Assembly: GCF_003918875.1 (NCBI RefSeq)
Contig: NW_025766002.1
Span: 7,254,001-7,318,000, forward strand
Length of the DNA stretch: 64,000 nucleotides
Source of the DNA: Haliotis rubra
Taxonomy: Eukaryota
Direction of reading: 5' to 3'
The notes beneath the pieces are model-generated. The model did no database searches, was not told the DNA's origin, and was given only the letters and a program-made list of their open reading frames with translations. Position numbers and translations under genes: made by a program. Each line of letters opens with the position of its first letter. Positions within the stretch are counted from its first letter, which is position 1. Positions 38,668-53,616 of this stretch are shown here, in pieces.

Positions 38668-41600
38668 GAATAAAGAAACGCTAATGTGCATCAAACAACG
38701 ATCATGACAAAACAAGACGACAAAAACATTCTGTCAGTCATATATAAATTGACAGTAAACATTTCAATATTAAAAATCACTACTACAAGCAGAATGGGGC
38801 GCTGGGGGGTAGCCTAGTGGTTACAGCGTCCGCCCGTCACGCCGAAGACCCGGGTTCGATTTCCCAAATGGGTAAAATGTGTGAACCCATTTCTGGTGCC
38901 CCTGCCATGATATTGCTGTAATTTTGCTACAATCGGCGTAAAACGTAACTTATTCAATCTATTTTACGACACTGACTGTTGTGTTTGTGAATCACGATCA
39001 AATAGTGATCATACCGATGGCGCTGTAGTAAACACACGCTAAGGAGCGGAGATATTTTACTTCGAAAAACAAAAACATGGGAAAATAATAGAAATGTGAA
39101 ATATCATCGGATATAAATTTGACCAGTAACATTGTGTTAACCTTAAACGTATCCTGTGAAATGAATACTGACGCTGTAATAACACATCCAAAGGCAAGGA
39201 ACTATTTTACCTCGAAAACCCAAACATAGGAAAGATATATACGATCTGTAAAAATTCATTGGACATAATTTTGACCTGTGATGCCTGTGTTAACCCTTAT
39301 GTCTCATGTGAAACGAATACTTTGACATCCCTTTGAGGTAGTATAAAACGAGATTTGTATTATATTTGTTTACAAAAGGTGTCGACATAATGAAAGGATG
39401 GAAGTCCCATGGGGAAATCAACTCAGAGCATGTAAGAAATGGCAACTCTGAGTAAGGGGAGCATTTCTTGTCACTGAAGTGGAACGTATCTACTTTGTTT
39501 AAATATGCGGTAAAATCTCGCCTTTCAAACTTTCGATCGAGAAGAGGTTATGATAACAATATAGAGGTTCTGAACGCACTTATGTTTTGCTTTAACACAT
39601 AGCAACTTCCGTGTGAGAATCTCATAGCAAGTGAAATAACTAGTCGGCTCAGATCTGATGCCAATGAAATAATCAGTCAGCGAAAGTCTTATGACTCCTC
39701 GTTTAAAAACATATCTCATAGTTGTGAAATAATTACACTCCAGAGACCCAAGCTCAAGAAATTTTACTCAACTTGAATTAAAGATTACACCATCACTTTG
39801 CCATACTGTAATATTAGGGAATATTTTATCACTATGAATTATTACGTAAAGATGTAAATTTAGGTTGTTTCACTGGTTTCAGGTGGGTCAGTTAGTGGAA
39901 GTCTCTAAAATCATTGGAAATGACGATTTCACCAATTAATGCAAAAGACGTAAGAGCGTAAGTGAAAAGACCCATGCCAGGCACGATAAAGTAATTGAGA
40001 TGAGAGCTTTTATTTACATCAATGTGATACAGTTATGCTAACATCATTGGGAAAAAATGATTATTCAGAAATCCTGTCAGTTGGAAAGACGAACGTGTAA
40101 TACATACTTGCGTACCTGGGTGGGTGATGTTGGATGTTTAAGGGTGCATAATTGTGAAGCCAATACATGAATATACATTAGGATGTCGATTAATTTTCGT
40201 GAATATCTCTTGATAATCTGCAATAGTGTCGTGTAATATTATTTAATTTCAGGGTTCATTCAGTTCAGTTTCTCATTCAAAGGCATAAATGATCTTTGTG
40301 ATCTCACACAATTATTCATCTGGCTCTTATTTCATACCTGATGAAACTGGTGATCATTGGGCTTCAGACCCGCAAACCACATTGCAGAAATTCCAAGGAT
40401 CTACTAATCGAGGGGTTCGAATGCCCAGTTTCCGATTACCCACAAGCACTAGACCAATTGGTCATATACCCACCATGGTTGTTCCAAAATGTAGCTGACA
40501 TGCCGTAATGAAACACGTTTACACTTACATGGTGTTTAACCCAACGAACTCAGTTAATGAACTGTTTCTATTTGATCCAATTATTTGTCAGATAATGGTA
40601 CGTGTACTCGTTGGATGACTGTTCAGTGACGTATTAGATTACAAGAAGCGCAGATTGTAGTAGAGAGATCGAATGTTAACCTGATGTATCCTCGTAAGTG
40701 GAGACAGGCACCGTCATCATTAAACGAATGCCTCTTCTTAAATTCAAAATTGTTTAGAGAGAGAAATTAAAACGACACCAGGACCGTTTTTATTTAAGTG
40801 AGGAAAATGGACTTCAATAAACCGCCAATAATGTGTTTGATAGTTTTAATGGATTTGGGTTCGTATGACTGCATTATCAATGCATACACTTTAAGTCAAC
40901 TTTTCCTTTACGTCGAACCTTTGGTGTCAACATTTCTCAACTTTTGAGGTGCGATTGTGCATGCTCTTTCTACGGAGATTTCAAACAGCGACGTGCAACT
41001 TTGAAGCTTTTAGTACAACTCTAAACGTGTTAAGGTTTGCCAGTTTGCCAGTTTGCAAACTAGTTTCCGATTCGAGTTCCAAGTTGGACTTTCACCATGC
41101 AAACTATTATTCAGTGTTTCATCAACAATTGACGTGTTTTTGTTTCAGTCTGCTTTTTAGGGCGAGTGCTGCAAATGAGGAAAAATACACTCACTTATTA
41201 CTTAATGACTGGTATCATGCTTTAGATCTACAGTGAATTCTGCTGTTAATATGTATTTCAGATCATAATGGAATAGTGTTTATCGCTTGATTTACTTTGT
41301 AATATCTGCAGCGCAAGGTAGTAAAAGTTCTTGGTCTAGACATGGTTAATGTGTGTCTGGGACATTGCCAATTAGAGTTAACAGTATTCCACCCCCACTG
41401 TCTGTCATAAGAGGGGACTGATGAGTTCGGGAGGTCAGCCTGGCCGACTTAGTTAAGGCACATTATCGTGTTCAGATGTTGTAGGTAGATGCTAGTCACA
41501 ATTGTGTCTGGTCCAGACTGTATTATTTACAGAGTTGTTCAACAAGAGTAGAGTATGTTTATTGGAAAGTATATATAGACAAGAGGACAAATATCAATAA

Positions 41601-43259
41601 AATGTTTGGTACCTGAACATTTCTATTCAACTGTGTGATTCTTTTTCCCTACTAATGTCTATAACGTGGATGTATTTATGGATGTATTAATTGCACTTAT
41701 TAGTGCATCATTTCGATCTTCAATAAAACAATTAATACTTGTGACTCAGCGTATTTCCATGAACTAAGTTTTATCTCCAGCATGAACTAACGCCTTTCTC
41801 AATAAATATTATGTCAATGGGGGACCTTGGTGGAGCATGTGTACCCAATGTGGTATGTTCATTGTGAACACCAAGAAATGAATGCGTCGGCTCCATGATA
41901 TCATTCCCTGACGATGTGGATCCTCGTCCATGATTTCAGTTGCTGCTGTTGCTTTATCAGTTATGTAGATGCCGCATTGATATTGATAGAGAAATTGTGT
42001 CCTTAGCGTGAACCGACCATCGCTCACTCACTCAGTAGCATATATTGTTCAGCCTCGTGTGTAGCATAGGGGGTCGGATTACACCTGTACGCTATTTGTA
42101 CTGTCGGGACATATGTTTTCCTGTGTAAAGCAAAAACACAAACACGACAGGTTAACTGATTTAATAATGAACGAAATTATGTCATAAAGATTCATGAGCG
42201 TAGTTCTTTTGTTCAATGTATACGTTAATGTCGAGGTTTTAGTTTGTTTGGACTATTGTTGCAAACAATAAACATGCTCATGTCTTCAGAGAAAACTGCT
42301 GTCGTCACTCACAGTCGTCTGCTCTGTCTCTTTTTGGAGTTCTTGAAATGGTATTTGATATGTTCAAAGCTTCAAAATACTCACGCTATTTCAGGGAACA
42401 TGCGGTGATGACATAAGTAAATAGATATTGCTCACATAAGACAGGGTTTGAATTTGGGCGGCAAAGTGTATGATAATCGGAATCCGGTTATGATCATACG
42501 CTATATAGTTCCGCCATCACGGTATAACATTGTTACAAATTAAAATCCTCATATATACATGATTTAAATCTACAGTATTGCAGTTTAGATACGGTGTTTA
42601 TAACTACTTGTATATCGGAACTACACATGTTCGTGAACAATGAATCTAATTCTCCAAAGCTCTCTTTGTATCCATCAGCTGGCTCAGCCTCGATTCTGCA
42701 AACCCCATAACCATTGGGTTAATATATTTCGTGTAAGATAAGCATCTTTGACCTCTAATTTCTCGACCCATGAAGATCCGGGTTAGAATAGGCCTTCATG
42801 CTTGCAAGAAGCCACTAATGAGATCGTGTGGTCAGACTCGTCTCCTTGGTTGATGCAGGCCATCGTATCTCATTTGCGTAGACTGATGCTCATTAATTGT
42901 ATCACTAGACAGTCTGGTGGAGACAGATTATTTACAGACCGTCGTCATGTAGATGGAAAACTGGTGAATGCAGTATTCTGTATAGTAAAAACTAACAAAC
43001 ACAAACGTGCAAGGGATCCAAAGAGAACATGAGGTGACATCCCCGGCGTCCGATTCACGGCTACAGGAACGTTGTAAGCAACTAACTACAGCTAAAATGA
43101 CCTGGGCACAAACCCATTTCAACCTTGGTTCAGATAACATAAAACAGAGTCGGCATTGTTTGTGTTTGCTTCTTTTGCAATCACTTTGCTTTATTTAAAC
43201 ACTTCGAACAGTCAACATCCAGTCGAAAGTCGTCCATTAGTATCCATCCTACGAAGGCT

Positions 43260-46122
43260 CTATTTCGCTGTAAATACAACAAACAAACATAAAACGATGC
43301 CTGAAAGACCTTGTAAATAAGACAATTTTTGTTAATATTCGATAGCACCCTGAATACACGTAGACACACGCACGCACGCACACATATTTTTATATATCTA
43401 TCTGTATATCTAGATCGCAATTTGTTACGTTTAACCATATATATATATAATGTATGCTTTTCGACCAGCATTGAAATACAAAATAATTACAGTGACGACT
43501 TGTATCAAAATCTACTTCACAGTTGTTGAACTTTAAAATGTTGTCATTTACCAGGTTCGTAAGCTTCCTCTCCCATCCAATTACTCCTGGAACATGAAGT
43601 AAAATACATAATTTCTTAGACGGGATTTTTTGTTGTGATGGAATGTATCATTGAAGGGCCCTACAATTGAAATACACCAAAGGCATGAAATTAAAGGAAC
43701 TAAAACTATGAATGTCGATATTTTTTAGGAGGACGTTTATAATATCATTGCGTTGCATCCGAATTTATATATTTCACATCACATAACACAATATGTACTT
43801 CCACCTTCGAAATCATTTCATCAGTTCCCTTCTGAAGGTAGTACGTGTACTCCGATTGACAAGATCAGACATGGACCATTATTAATGAAAACGTAATCTC
43901 GAATGACATGATCCAATCACTTTCTGGGTGTAGGCTGTGGCGTTAAGCTCAATATTTTGTCATGTTATGGTTACCCAATGAGTCAAACACAAGCACAAAC
44001 ACAAGCACTGGAATCTGTGGAACGCGAATGCCCACACACGGGTAGGCAGATTAAAGTACAAATACTTACCTGGGCTCATAGTAACACACCAGGAACCGTA
44101 CGTCATTGTAACCTTGGAACTGAGACATATAGGGGCAGTTATTCATTGCACAGCCAAATTCCCGAGTCTCCTCCCAGTTGACCTGGATGATAAATCCATT
44201 ATTTAGAAGCTACACCGATAAGAATATCATAAATAAAAACGACAAAACCACTTTCAATCTTGAGCATTTTATTTCTAAATGACCATCAAGTAGTGATGAT
44301 ACCAACTGTAAGTAAAAAGATCAAACTCCTGCCACTGCGATGGTATCCGGGGTGAACACATGCAAAGGCAAGGTAATTATTCACCTGAAAACAAATTCAC
44401 AAAGTCGAAATCACTACCCGTTAGTTTAGATGGTGGTGTCTGATCTGACAAAGGCATCCATACTTCTTTCATGAAGCTGTTCATGAAACAACATGTTCGC
44501 AAGAGTGGCATGAAGCTCTTTGAACTCATCATGCAAAGAACATGCGCCCTCGTACATCAAAAGCTGTGACATCAAAGACTGGAACTGGGTTGCTGCGCAA
44601 CATAAACGAAATGCTGAAAATTGAAATGTTGATTTCATCCTTCTTTATACACAGTCTTGTGGGAACATTACATACTGATAACTGTAAATTGATAATGACG
44701 ACGATCTGGAACGACTTTGTACTCAGTCAGCCATGCCGTATGATGCTGTTTCATGTGTATTAATGTCAACATGCGTATTCCTCTTATTCGCTGAACAAAA
44801 TAAACAAACTAAGCGCCATAACATGTATAAACGACAGCAAATGCTCTGAGGAAAGTTATACAATTATACATCTTTGTAACACCTATGCGATAAACTTGAA
44901 AACCTTCAACCATCAAAGATGCAGAAAGGGAATGTAAGTATAAAAAAAATCAATCTGAAATCTGTTTAGCCAGATTGTGTTTATGAATCAACATCAGACA
45001 GCGTTAACATAAAGTGTTCGCAAAACACGTATCGTCAGTCCTGCCGCACGTGTAATGTAAGATAAGTTTGTATGCAACATAATGAAGCGTAAGAAGGAAC
45101 CTTGGATTCCCAACAATACCTGTGAGTAATAGCAGCTCTGGGAAGGAGAGCATCCCCTGTCATTGTAGCGGAATGAGTCGACCCCGTTCCTCCAAGCGTT
45201 AAAGCCTCTATTCATGAACTCTTCCTCCGATCGGGACGACTGCTCAATGTAGAGGTTCTCGCCGAACTCAGGTCTTGATGAGTATCTGAACTGACATCTG
45301 TTTGCATATCTCTGGGCTTGTCTTGCTAATTCTTCGTTCCATCTCTGCAACAAACAGTATTTAAGCTTAAGAATCAATTTGATTTATTCATGAGACCAAT
45401 GCCAATTTGTCTAAATGCTTACTAGACTGTGATAGGGCCTACATTTCGTACAACAATATACATTTGATTTGGACTTGAAGAATAACAAATGCGAAAATGC
45501 TGGGAGGTAACATGTTGGCTGACAAAACAATAACTTATATTTTCTTAAACAACATTTTATCAATTTCCTTTCAGGAAGCGCATGAAAATTTCATCTCATT
45601 GTTTAATGTATTCAGCAAAACATGTATGTGTCTCCTTAACTTAACGAGAAAGCTACAACCTCTTACCTACCCGACCGACACTCTGTTCGTTCAAGCAGCA
45701 TCCACATCAAACCATCCACGCACGCTCACACGCATACACGCAATCAAGCATACATGACTACATTCATACATCTTGAAAGCTGCCGTAAGCTCCATTACTC
45801 TTCATGTGAAATACATGTATTTCAATGATTCAATGCTGCAGATTGTTGACAGATTCGTAAAGCTGCGAGTGATAACGGTTAAAGAAAAAAAGAAACTATA
45901 AACAGATACGTCACTCAATCAGCATTATTTTGAAATGATTTGTATAAAGACATGCATACACACGAGATAGTTTTCCTCTCCGAACCCATTAGGGAAATCT
46001 CCCTCGTTCATCATCTGGCGTCCATCGTTGTGTAGTTGAAGCACGATGTTCTGATATTCTGGCATCATTACATTCGCCATGGAGACGCCCAAGACGCCCA
46101 GAAAAACTACGGTCCACATCAT
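43260..46122 (-). CDS. Secreted CAP protein, copy 3, 179 aa
   Basis: Exons 46122-45964 (2-codon deletion; weak donor gtgtgt), 45344-45120, 44182-44070, 43586-43552, 43267-43260; frame open throughout. Confidence 0.88.
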
Positions 46123-47381
46123 TGTGATATTGGAAGATCTGTCAACGTTATGAAAATATATATTTCTTAACATTTACTGTGCCTGTATTGCAGTCGAATA
46201 AGTGAATTAATCCTTCAGTTATCATTATTTTAATTAGCTCGGACACACCATGCAATTACTTAACATTGTTTACACAGGATCCTCGTAAATCGGTTCATAG
46301 CAAAAAACGTGTGAGTGCAACTCATCACTGTATAGTTGAAATTTCGCCGAATCAACGTGAAATGTTACCCTATTCACATGAAACGGAGAGCGAATTTGGT
46401 TATCTGAATAATACCAATCAAACGCCTTACCCCATTAATTTGATCGATGGCAGCCATTTGCGAAGTCAAAACTTCTATATGGTACTTGCCTTATTATTCA
46501 TCAAATTCTAAAATGCCAGTCAAACAGATGACTGCTGAGCTTAACATTATGCCATCTATGCAGTTACATACATATATGGACAGCATCTACACAGTATCCC
46601 CACAGAAGAGACAACCATTCCGATTTATTCCGCTTTAGACCCGTATAACGTCGGATTCTTGAGAAAAACCGTGATGTTTGACATTTAACACTAAATTCGG
46701 AAATATTCTAGGTAGGCATGAACACGAACTGAGGTTTTGAGCAACGCATGTTAAGGCTTTTGAACCTACAAACTCTTTGTCTACATTTCATTATGACACA
46801 CATACCAGTGAAAACCTCCGTTACTTCTGCATGTATACTGAGGGGAACAAATAAGGGAACACCACTTGTTATCTCTCCCGTTGTTCTCTCCCGAAACTAC
46901 TGGAATTGACATTTTGGGACATGGCAATCTGTCTGGTCACTTAATCTCTCAAAAATTATTTATGGCCCTATAAGAAATATCATACATATGAAAACTGAAT
47001 AAACAATAATACACCGAAAACTGAAAAGCTCATATTTTTTTAGTGTGGTTGAAGGAAGTTCAGTTTATTGCTTACAAAAATACGTTACTTTTGCACTATG
47101 TTAAATCATGAATTATATAGAGAATATTCATGAAACTGCACAAATGAATTTTGAGAATCCTTTTCTTTCTTCTTGAATTGAATAAAATCTGTTTAAACCA
47201 CATATATTTATATTAAATTACCTGTGGTGGTTATTTTGTACAAATTTCAATTGTTATGTTAAATAATGCTAATACTGCTAATAGTGTTAATATTTTGTGA
47301 GAGAGCTAACACTTGCCAAATATGTGCCCAGTCCTCAGAAACAATGTCAAAATGAAAGTTGGACATCAAACATGCTCTTAC

Positions 47382-47448
47382 CTCAAGGGAGCTGATTCCA
47401 CTGTTGGAAGACGTTCGTGGGCCCGCCCGGTGAAGCCCTTCTTATATA
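47382..47448 (-). promoter_or_regulatory. TATA box and leader exon of CAP copy 3
   Basis: TATATAAG at 47448-47441; GAG|GTAAGA donor at 47382. Confidence 0.75.
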
Positions 47449-50420
47449 ATTGTGCCATTAATTAAAATGCAATCCCGTCTTTTAACTACTATACAGATGT
47501 TACTGATTAACAGTTGATCATATTATTACATGCTTTGATGTTTAGGGTGCTGATTATTATAATATTACGAATTAGGTGCATATGTATCTTATCACAGAAT
47601 ATTATCGGGCAATCACTTCAGTGTTTAAATCATTATAGTAATGTTCAGTTGTACATTGATCATTTCACAGAACTGTGAACATAATTGTACACTGAATGAA
47701 TTTCATTGTATCTAGAAAAAAAATATACAAAATGCACTAAAGAGAGCTCGGACGATCCTTGCACTGTCTGTACTGGCTTGCCCTATTATGAACAGTTTAT
47801 ATTAGCCATTCAGAAACGAAATTATAATTATTATTACATATGTTTCTTATAATAATAATGTGATTTATATTCTTGAGAAAGTGAGTATTGTCTCAGAATG
47901 GAGCACCATATTATACCCTGAGTTTCCATGTCATGTCTTGTGACACAATCAAAGTCACCAAGCCTTATCACCTTATCCGTTTACCTGCCTTATAACAAGC
48001 ACATATTGCCTGTCCTAGGTGGAATCGACAGAGGATATCCCCAAATACTACATACGATCAAGTCATTGCTCAGAACACGTTACAACTAAGCACATTATAT
48101 TCTGAGAATCGTTTAAGATATCCATGTCATTTTGGAGTAAAAAAGAAACAGAAAACTCCTTTTATGTGAAAACTGTTGCTGCATATCAAACAGTTCGGAA
48201 ACAATTTACTATGCACTTATATGTATTAAACAACGATCATGATAAAAACTGCCATATATAAGTCGACACTAAACATTTTAATAGTCATTAAAAATCACAA
48301 CTACAGTGCGTAAAGGCAGACTGGGACGGCAGGGTAGCCTAGTGGTTAGAGCGTCCGCTCATCAGGCCGAAGACCCGGTTTTGATTCTCCACGTAGGTAC
48401 AATGTGAGAAGTGAAATGTGTCCCCCGTCTTGGTGTTTCTGTCATATTTAAAAAAGCGGCGTTAAACTAAACTCACCTACTCACTAAAACAGAAATCGAT
48501 TTACGATTCAGAGTATTGTGTTTGGGAATCACGATCAAATAATTATTATCCCAGATGTTTGTGTAAAGTGCACATATTGTGCCCGGCCGATGACGTTGTA
48601 ATAACACATGCAAAGGTAAGGAAATATTTACCTCGAGAAACAAAAACATGGGAAAGCAATATGCTACATGTATATGAAAAAAATAAACATAATTTTGACC
48701 AGTGATGCGTAAAACCGTGCATCATGTGAATCGAATGCTATGAGATGCCTTTGAGGTAGTATGAAGCTGGTTTTGTATTATATTTGTTTTTCAAACGTTT
48801 GGACAAAAGAAAGTTTGGAAGTCCCATGGTGAAATCAACATCAGTACATGTAAGAAATTTCAACTCGGAGTAGGGGGAGCATTCCTCGTCACTGAAGTGG
48901 GATGTATCTTCCTTGTATTAATAAGAAAGGTCGTTTTGGCAATATTATATCACTATGAATCTGTATGCAAAGATGTAAATATTGAGACAGATGAGGTTGT
49001 TTCACTTGTTTCTCAGGTTTGCCAATCAGTAGAAATCTCTAAAATCACAGGAAATGACATTGTACGGTTTCACCTAACGACTTTAGAGCATAAGTGAAAA
49101 GATCCAAGCCAGGCACGATAAAGTAATTGAGATGAGAGCCTTTAATTACATTCATGTGATACAATTATGATAAAATCATTAGGAAAAATTGATTACTTAG
49201 AAATCCTGCCAGTACGAAAGAAGAACGTATGTCACATACTTGTGTACTGGCTGGGCACTGTTTGATGTTTAATGGTGCATTTATGATTATAGGATTTCAG
49301 GGAACGGAAACTACATTGCAGAGATGCTAAAAGCTACTGATCGTGGGTTCGAACCCTAGTTTCCGATTATATCATAAGCACCATGCCACTGCTCGTGTAT
49401 CGACCAGCATTGTTCCAAAATTTAGCTAACATGCTGTTGTGAAGCATGGTTACACTGACATGGTGTTGAACCCAACAAACCAATTTAGGAACTGTTTCTA
49501 TCTGATGCCATTGTCAGGTAATGGAACGTGTGTACTGGTTAGATGACTGTTCAGTGACGTATTAGATTACATGAAGCGCATATTGGAGTGGAGAGAACGA
49601 ATAACCTGATGTATCCTCGTAAGTGGAAACAGGTTCCGTCATCATTATACGAATATATCTCTTCTTAAATTCAAAATTGTTTCGAGGAAGAGGTTATGAC
49701 GAAACCACTGCCCTCTTTATTTAATTGAGGAAAATGGACTTCAACAAACTTTCAATAATCTGTTTGATAGTTTTAATCTATTTGTGTTCGTATGACTGCA
49801 TTATCAATGCATACACTTTAAGTCAACTTTTCCTTTACGTCGAACCTTTGGTGTCAACATTTCTCAACTTTTGAGGTACAATTGATCAACTCTTGCTACG
49901 GAGATTTCAACTAGCGACTTACAACAATGAAGGCTTTAGTACAACTTCTAAACATGTTAAAGTAGACATGTACAAGAACATGAACATGACAGTTATCAAA
50001 ATAGGTTCCGATTCGAGTTTCAAGTTGGACTTTCACCATACTTATTTAGTGTTTCATCAGGTGAACAATTGACTTGTTTTTTTTTCATTTTTCGGACGCG
50101 TGCTTCTGATGGGGAAAGATACACTCACGTATTACTTAACCACTGGTATCGTGCTATAGATACCAGTAATAGTAATAGATATTTCAGATGATTATGGAAG
50201 AGTGTTATCACTTTATTTAATTTGTAATATCTGTAGTGCAAGGTAGTAAACAATAAAGGTCTAGACGTGGTTAATGTGTGTGTGATATTGCCAATTTGAG
50301 TTAACAGTATTGCACACACACCTTGACTGTCATAAGAGGGGGTCTAATGAGTTCTTTTTTTCTTATTTTTTTTATTCATTTCCTTAGTTACAAAGATACA
50401 TACATGTTGTTATCACAGAT

Positions 50421-50585
50421 GTGAGTGGGTGAATATGGTTTAACGCCTCTTTTAGGAACACTCCAGCAATATCATGGAGGTGGACACCAGAAATGGGTTC
50501 CACACAGATTAACCGTGTGGGGAATAGAACCCGGGTCTCCGTCGTGACGAGCCAAAGCCTCAACCACTGGGCTACTCTGCCGCCT
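50421..50585 (-). mobile_element. tRNA-derived SINE, family A, nested in the LINE fragment
   Basis: gtgagtgggtgaatatggtttaacgcc...caaccactgggctac; paralog at 60223-60388(+). Confidence 0.8.
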
Positions 50586-50894
50586 CAGTAACAGAAGCAA
50601 TATACAAGTAAAAAAAGTTGAACAGCTTCTATAGGGTGGTTGAATATAGTCTATTATTGAGATATGTAATGAAATGAAACCATTTTGTTCAAAATTTTCC
50701 ACGTCATTGTCTCTTTTGAAAATACTTTTTTTCTGCAAGAAAGATGGATTTTAAGGTTTTCAGATACTTGATTAATTTGTGAATTGTTTCTTATTTAATA
50801 TTACATAAACAGATATGTCTCTTTGCAGAGAAAAGGATATGGTTTAGTATTTTGTTGGCTTGTGAAGTACCAACCAAACTAGATATTTTGTTAT

Positions 50895-51098
50895 GAAATA
50901 CACAATGCCATTTAGAAAGTGGTCAAATGTAACATATGCTATATTTGGGATTACACTTTCTTAGTAAAGTACAGATTCTAACACTTTTTTGTGGCTTGAG
51001 TCCCGTCCGGGATTCAAACCCACACCCTCAGAGTCAGGCACCTAATCGCCAGCACACAAAGTCAGACGCCTAGACCGCTCAGCCACCGCGGCTTCCAC
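50895..51098 (-). mobile_element. tRNA(Leu/Ser-like)-headed insertion with 14-bp TSD
   Basis: Reverse complement gccgcggtggctgagcggtctaggcgtctgac...gtgggtttgaatccc; TSD agatattttgttat at 50881-50894 and 51099-51112; empty site at ~60133-60147. Confidence 0.85.
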
Positions 51099-52239
51099 AG
51101 ATATTTTGTTATTTTGATTGTTTTGTTAAGGTATGTATTGATCAAGATCTCAATCCCATTCCAAAATGTCTTGGTTTCATTACAATTCCAGCATACATGA
51201 CAGATTGTTTCCTCTAGGTTATTAAAAATACCCTGCATGTGCCAGAATATATTAGTTTCATTTTCAAAAGCTCCCCTTTGGAATGTATTGTTCCATGTGA
51301 GAATGTAAACTGAAAATCAAGAGTCTGGCCGACTTAGTTGATGAATATTTTCGTGTTCAGATTTTGTAGGTAGATGATTGTCACCCGTTTGTCTGGGTTA
51401 CGGAGTTATTCAACAAAAGTAGAGAATGTTTATTGGAAATTAAGACAAAAGATTATCAATAAAACGTTGGAGCCTTGACATTTCTATATTCAAATTTGTG
51501 ATTCTTATATTCCTACCAATGTCTACAACGTGGATGTGTTTATGAATGTATTATTTGCACTTATCAGCTTATCGTTCTGATCTTCAATAAACAATTGTTA
51601 CTTGTGACACAGCGTATTTCCATGAATTAGGTTTTATCTCAACCACTTGGGCCAATGTGCCTTGTTCATTGTGAACACCAAGGAAGGGATGCGTCGGCTC
51701 GATGACATTATACCCTGACGATGTTGATCCTCGTCAATGGCTTTAGCTGATGGTGCTTTGTCTGCATCAGTTATGTAGATGCCGCCTCAATATTGATGGA
51801 GAAATTGTGTCCGAAGCGTTAGACAACCGTCACTCACTCACTCAGTAGTAAATATCGTTCACTCTCATGTATAGCATAGGGGTCAGATTACTCCTCTTTG
51901 TACGCTATTTGTACTGTCAGGACATTTGTATTCCTGTGTAGAGCAATACAACAGGACATGTACAGGTTAACTGATCTAATATTGAACATAAATATGACAA
52001 TATAGTTCTTTTGTACAATATATACGTTAGTTCCGAGGTTTTCGTTTGTTTGAACTGTTGTTGTAAACAATTAATCAGCTCATGCCGTCTGAGAATAATG
52101 CTGTCTTCACTCACTCTTCTCTGCTCTGTCTGTTTCGGGAGTTCTTGCAGTGGTGTTTGACATGTTCAAGGCTTCAAAATTTTGACGCCATTTCAGTCAA
52201 CATGCGACAATCAGTAAATAGATCTTACTCACTAGTACT

Positions 52240-52395
52240 GTGAATGAGTGAGTATGCAATACGTCGCTTTTAGCATTATTCCAGCAATATCACGGCGGGG
52301 GACACCAGAAATGGGCTCACACATTTTATCCATGTCGGGATTCGAACTCGTGTCTTCGTCGTAACGAGTTGACGCTTTAACCACTAGGCTACTAT
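52240..52395 (-). mobile_element. tRNA-derived SINE, family A (paralog at ~62317-62465)
   Basis: gagtgagtatg...gcttttagcattattccagcaatatcacggcgggggacacc...aaccactaggctac. Confidence 0.8.
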
Positions 52396-52465
52396 GGACA
52401 TGCGCTGTATAGTTCCGCCATCAGGGTATATCGTTGTTACCAATTCAAATCCTCATATTGCAGTA

Positions 52466-52678
52466 CACTTGGACAAAGTACTGTGACTATGTGTCCCAGT
52501 CCACCCAGCTGTGAATGGGTACCTCGAAAGGATGAGAAAATTGCAATAACTCGGTGCGCCTAGTGGCAGCAAGAGTTGTATGATCCCCAGGGAGTTGAGC
52601 TTGATAATACGACGTTCCGTTGAGAATGACATCCAGTGATCGAGGGAAAAAAACAAAGCGCATTTGAGCAGCTGAGCT
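52466..52678 (+). mobile_element. 5'-truncated CORE-type SINE fragment running into a gap
   Basis: cttggacaaagtact...cagtccacccagctgtgaatgggtacc...ccccagggagttgag...aaagcgcatttgagc; interrupts attgcag|tttagatacgg, which is contiguous in other units. Confidence 0.55.
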
Positions 52679-52878
52679 NNNNNNNNNNNNNNNNNNNNNN
52701 NNNNNNNNNNNNNNNNNNNNNNNNNNNNNNNNNNNNNNNNNNNNNNNNNNNNNNNNNNNNNNNNNNNNNNNNNNNNNNNNNNNNNNNNNNNNNNNNNNNN
52801 NNNNNNNNNNNNNNNNNNNNNNNNNNNNNNNNNNNNNNNNNNNNNNNNNNNNNNNNNNNNNNNNNNNNNNNNNNNNNN
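52679..52878. other. Assembly gap (N run)
   Basis: Run of n. Confidence 1.
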
Positions 52879-53616
52879 CAGTTTAGATACGGTGCTTATG
52901 ACTACTTATGTATATCGGAATTACACATGTTCGTGAGCAAGAAATCTAATTCTCCAAAGCTCTCACTGTATCCCTCAGCTGGCTGTTTCGATTCTCCAAA
53001 CTCATAACCACAGGCTAGGATTAATATATTTTGTGTGAAATAAGCATCTTTGACCTGTATCTCTTTGTAATTTTCTCGACCTGTGACGATCCGGGATGGA
53101 ATTGGCCTTAATGCTTGTCGTAAGAAGCGATTAATGGGATCGGGTGGTCAGACTCGCTTACTTGGTTGATGCAAGCCATCGAATCCCATTTGCGTAGATC
53201 GATGCTCATTATTTCTATCACTAGATAGTCTGACGGATACAGATTATTTACAGACCGTAGTTATGTATTCTGAATTGTACAAACTAACAAACAAAAAACG
53301 CGCACAAGAGATCCAGACAAGAACTTGAAGTGGTATCACCGGCCTCCGATTCACGGCTATAGGAGTGTTGTAAGCAACTAACTAGAACTGGACACCTGGG
53401 CACGAAATAACCTGACCTTGGCACGCACTAAACTGACCGTGCCACGAACTAGACTGATCATGCCACAAACTCGATTCAACCCTGGTTCAGATGACATAAA
53501 ACAGAGTTGGCATTGTTTGTGGTTGCTACTTTTGCAATCACTTTGCTTTATTTAAACACTTCGAACAGGCAGCATCCGGTCGAAAGTCGTCCATTATTAT
53601 CCATCCTACGATGCCT

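Larger units (their letters stand above)
50355..51320 (-). mobile_element. 5'-truncated LINE 3' end (zf-RVT knuckle, L1/Tx1-like) with nested SINEs
   Basis: T-rich tail at 50355; reverse-strand ETICHVCWNCNETKTFWNG; absent from the paralogous sites at ~27545, ~30376 and ~41426. Confidence 0.75.
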
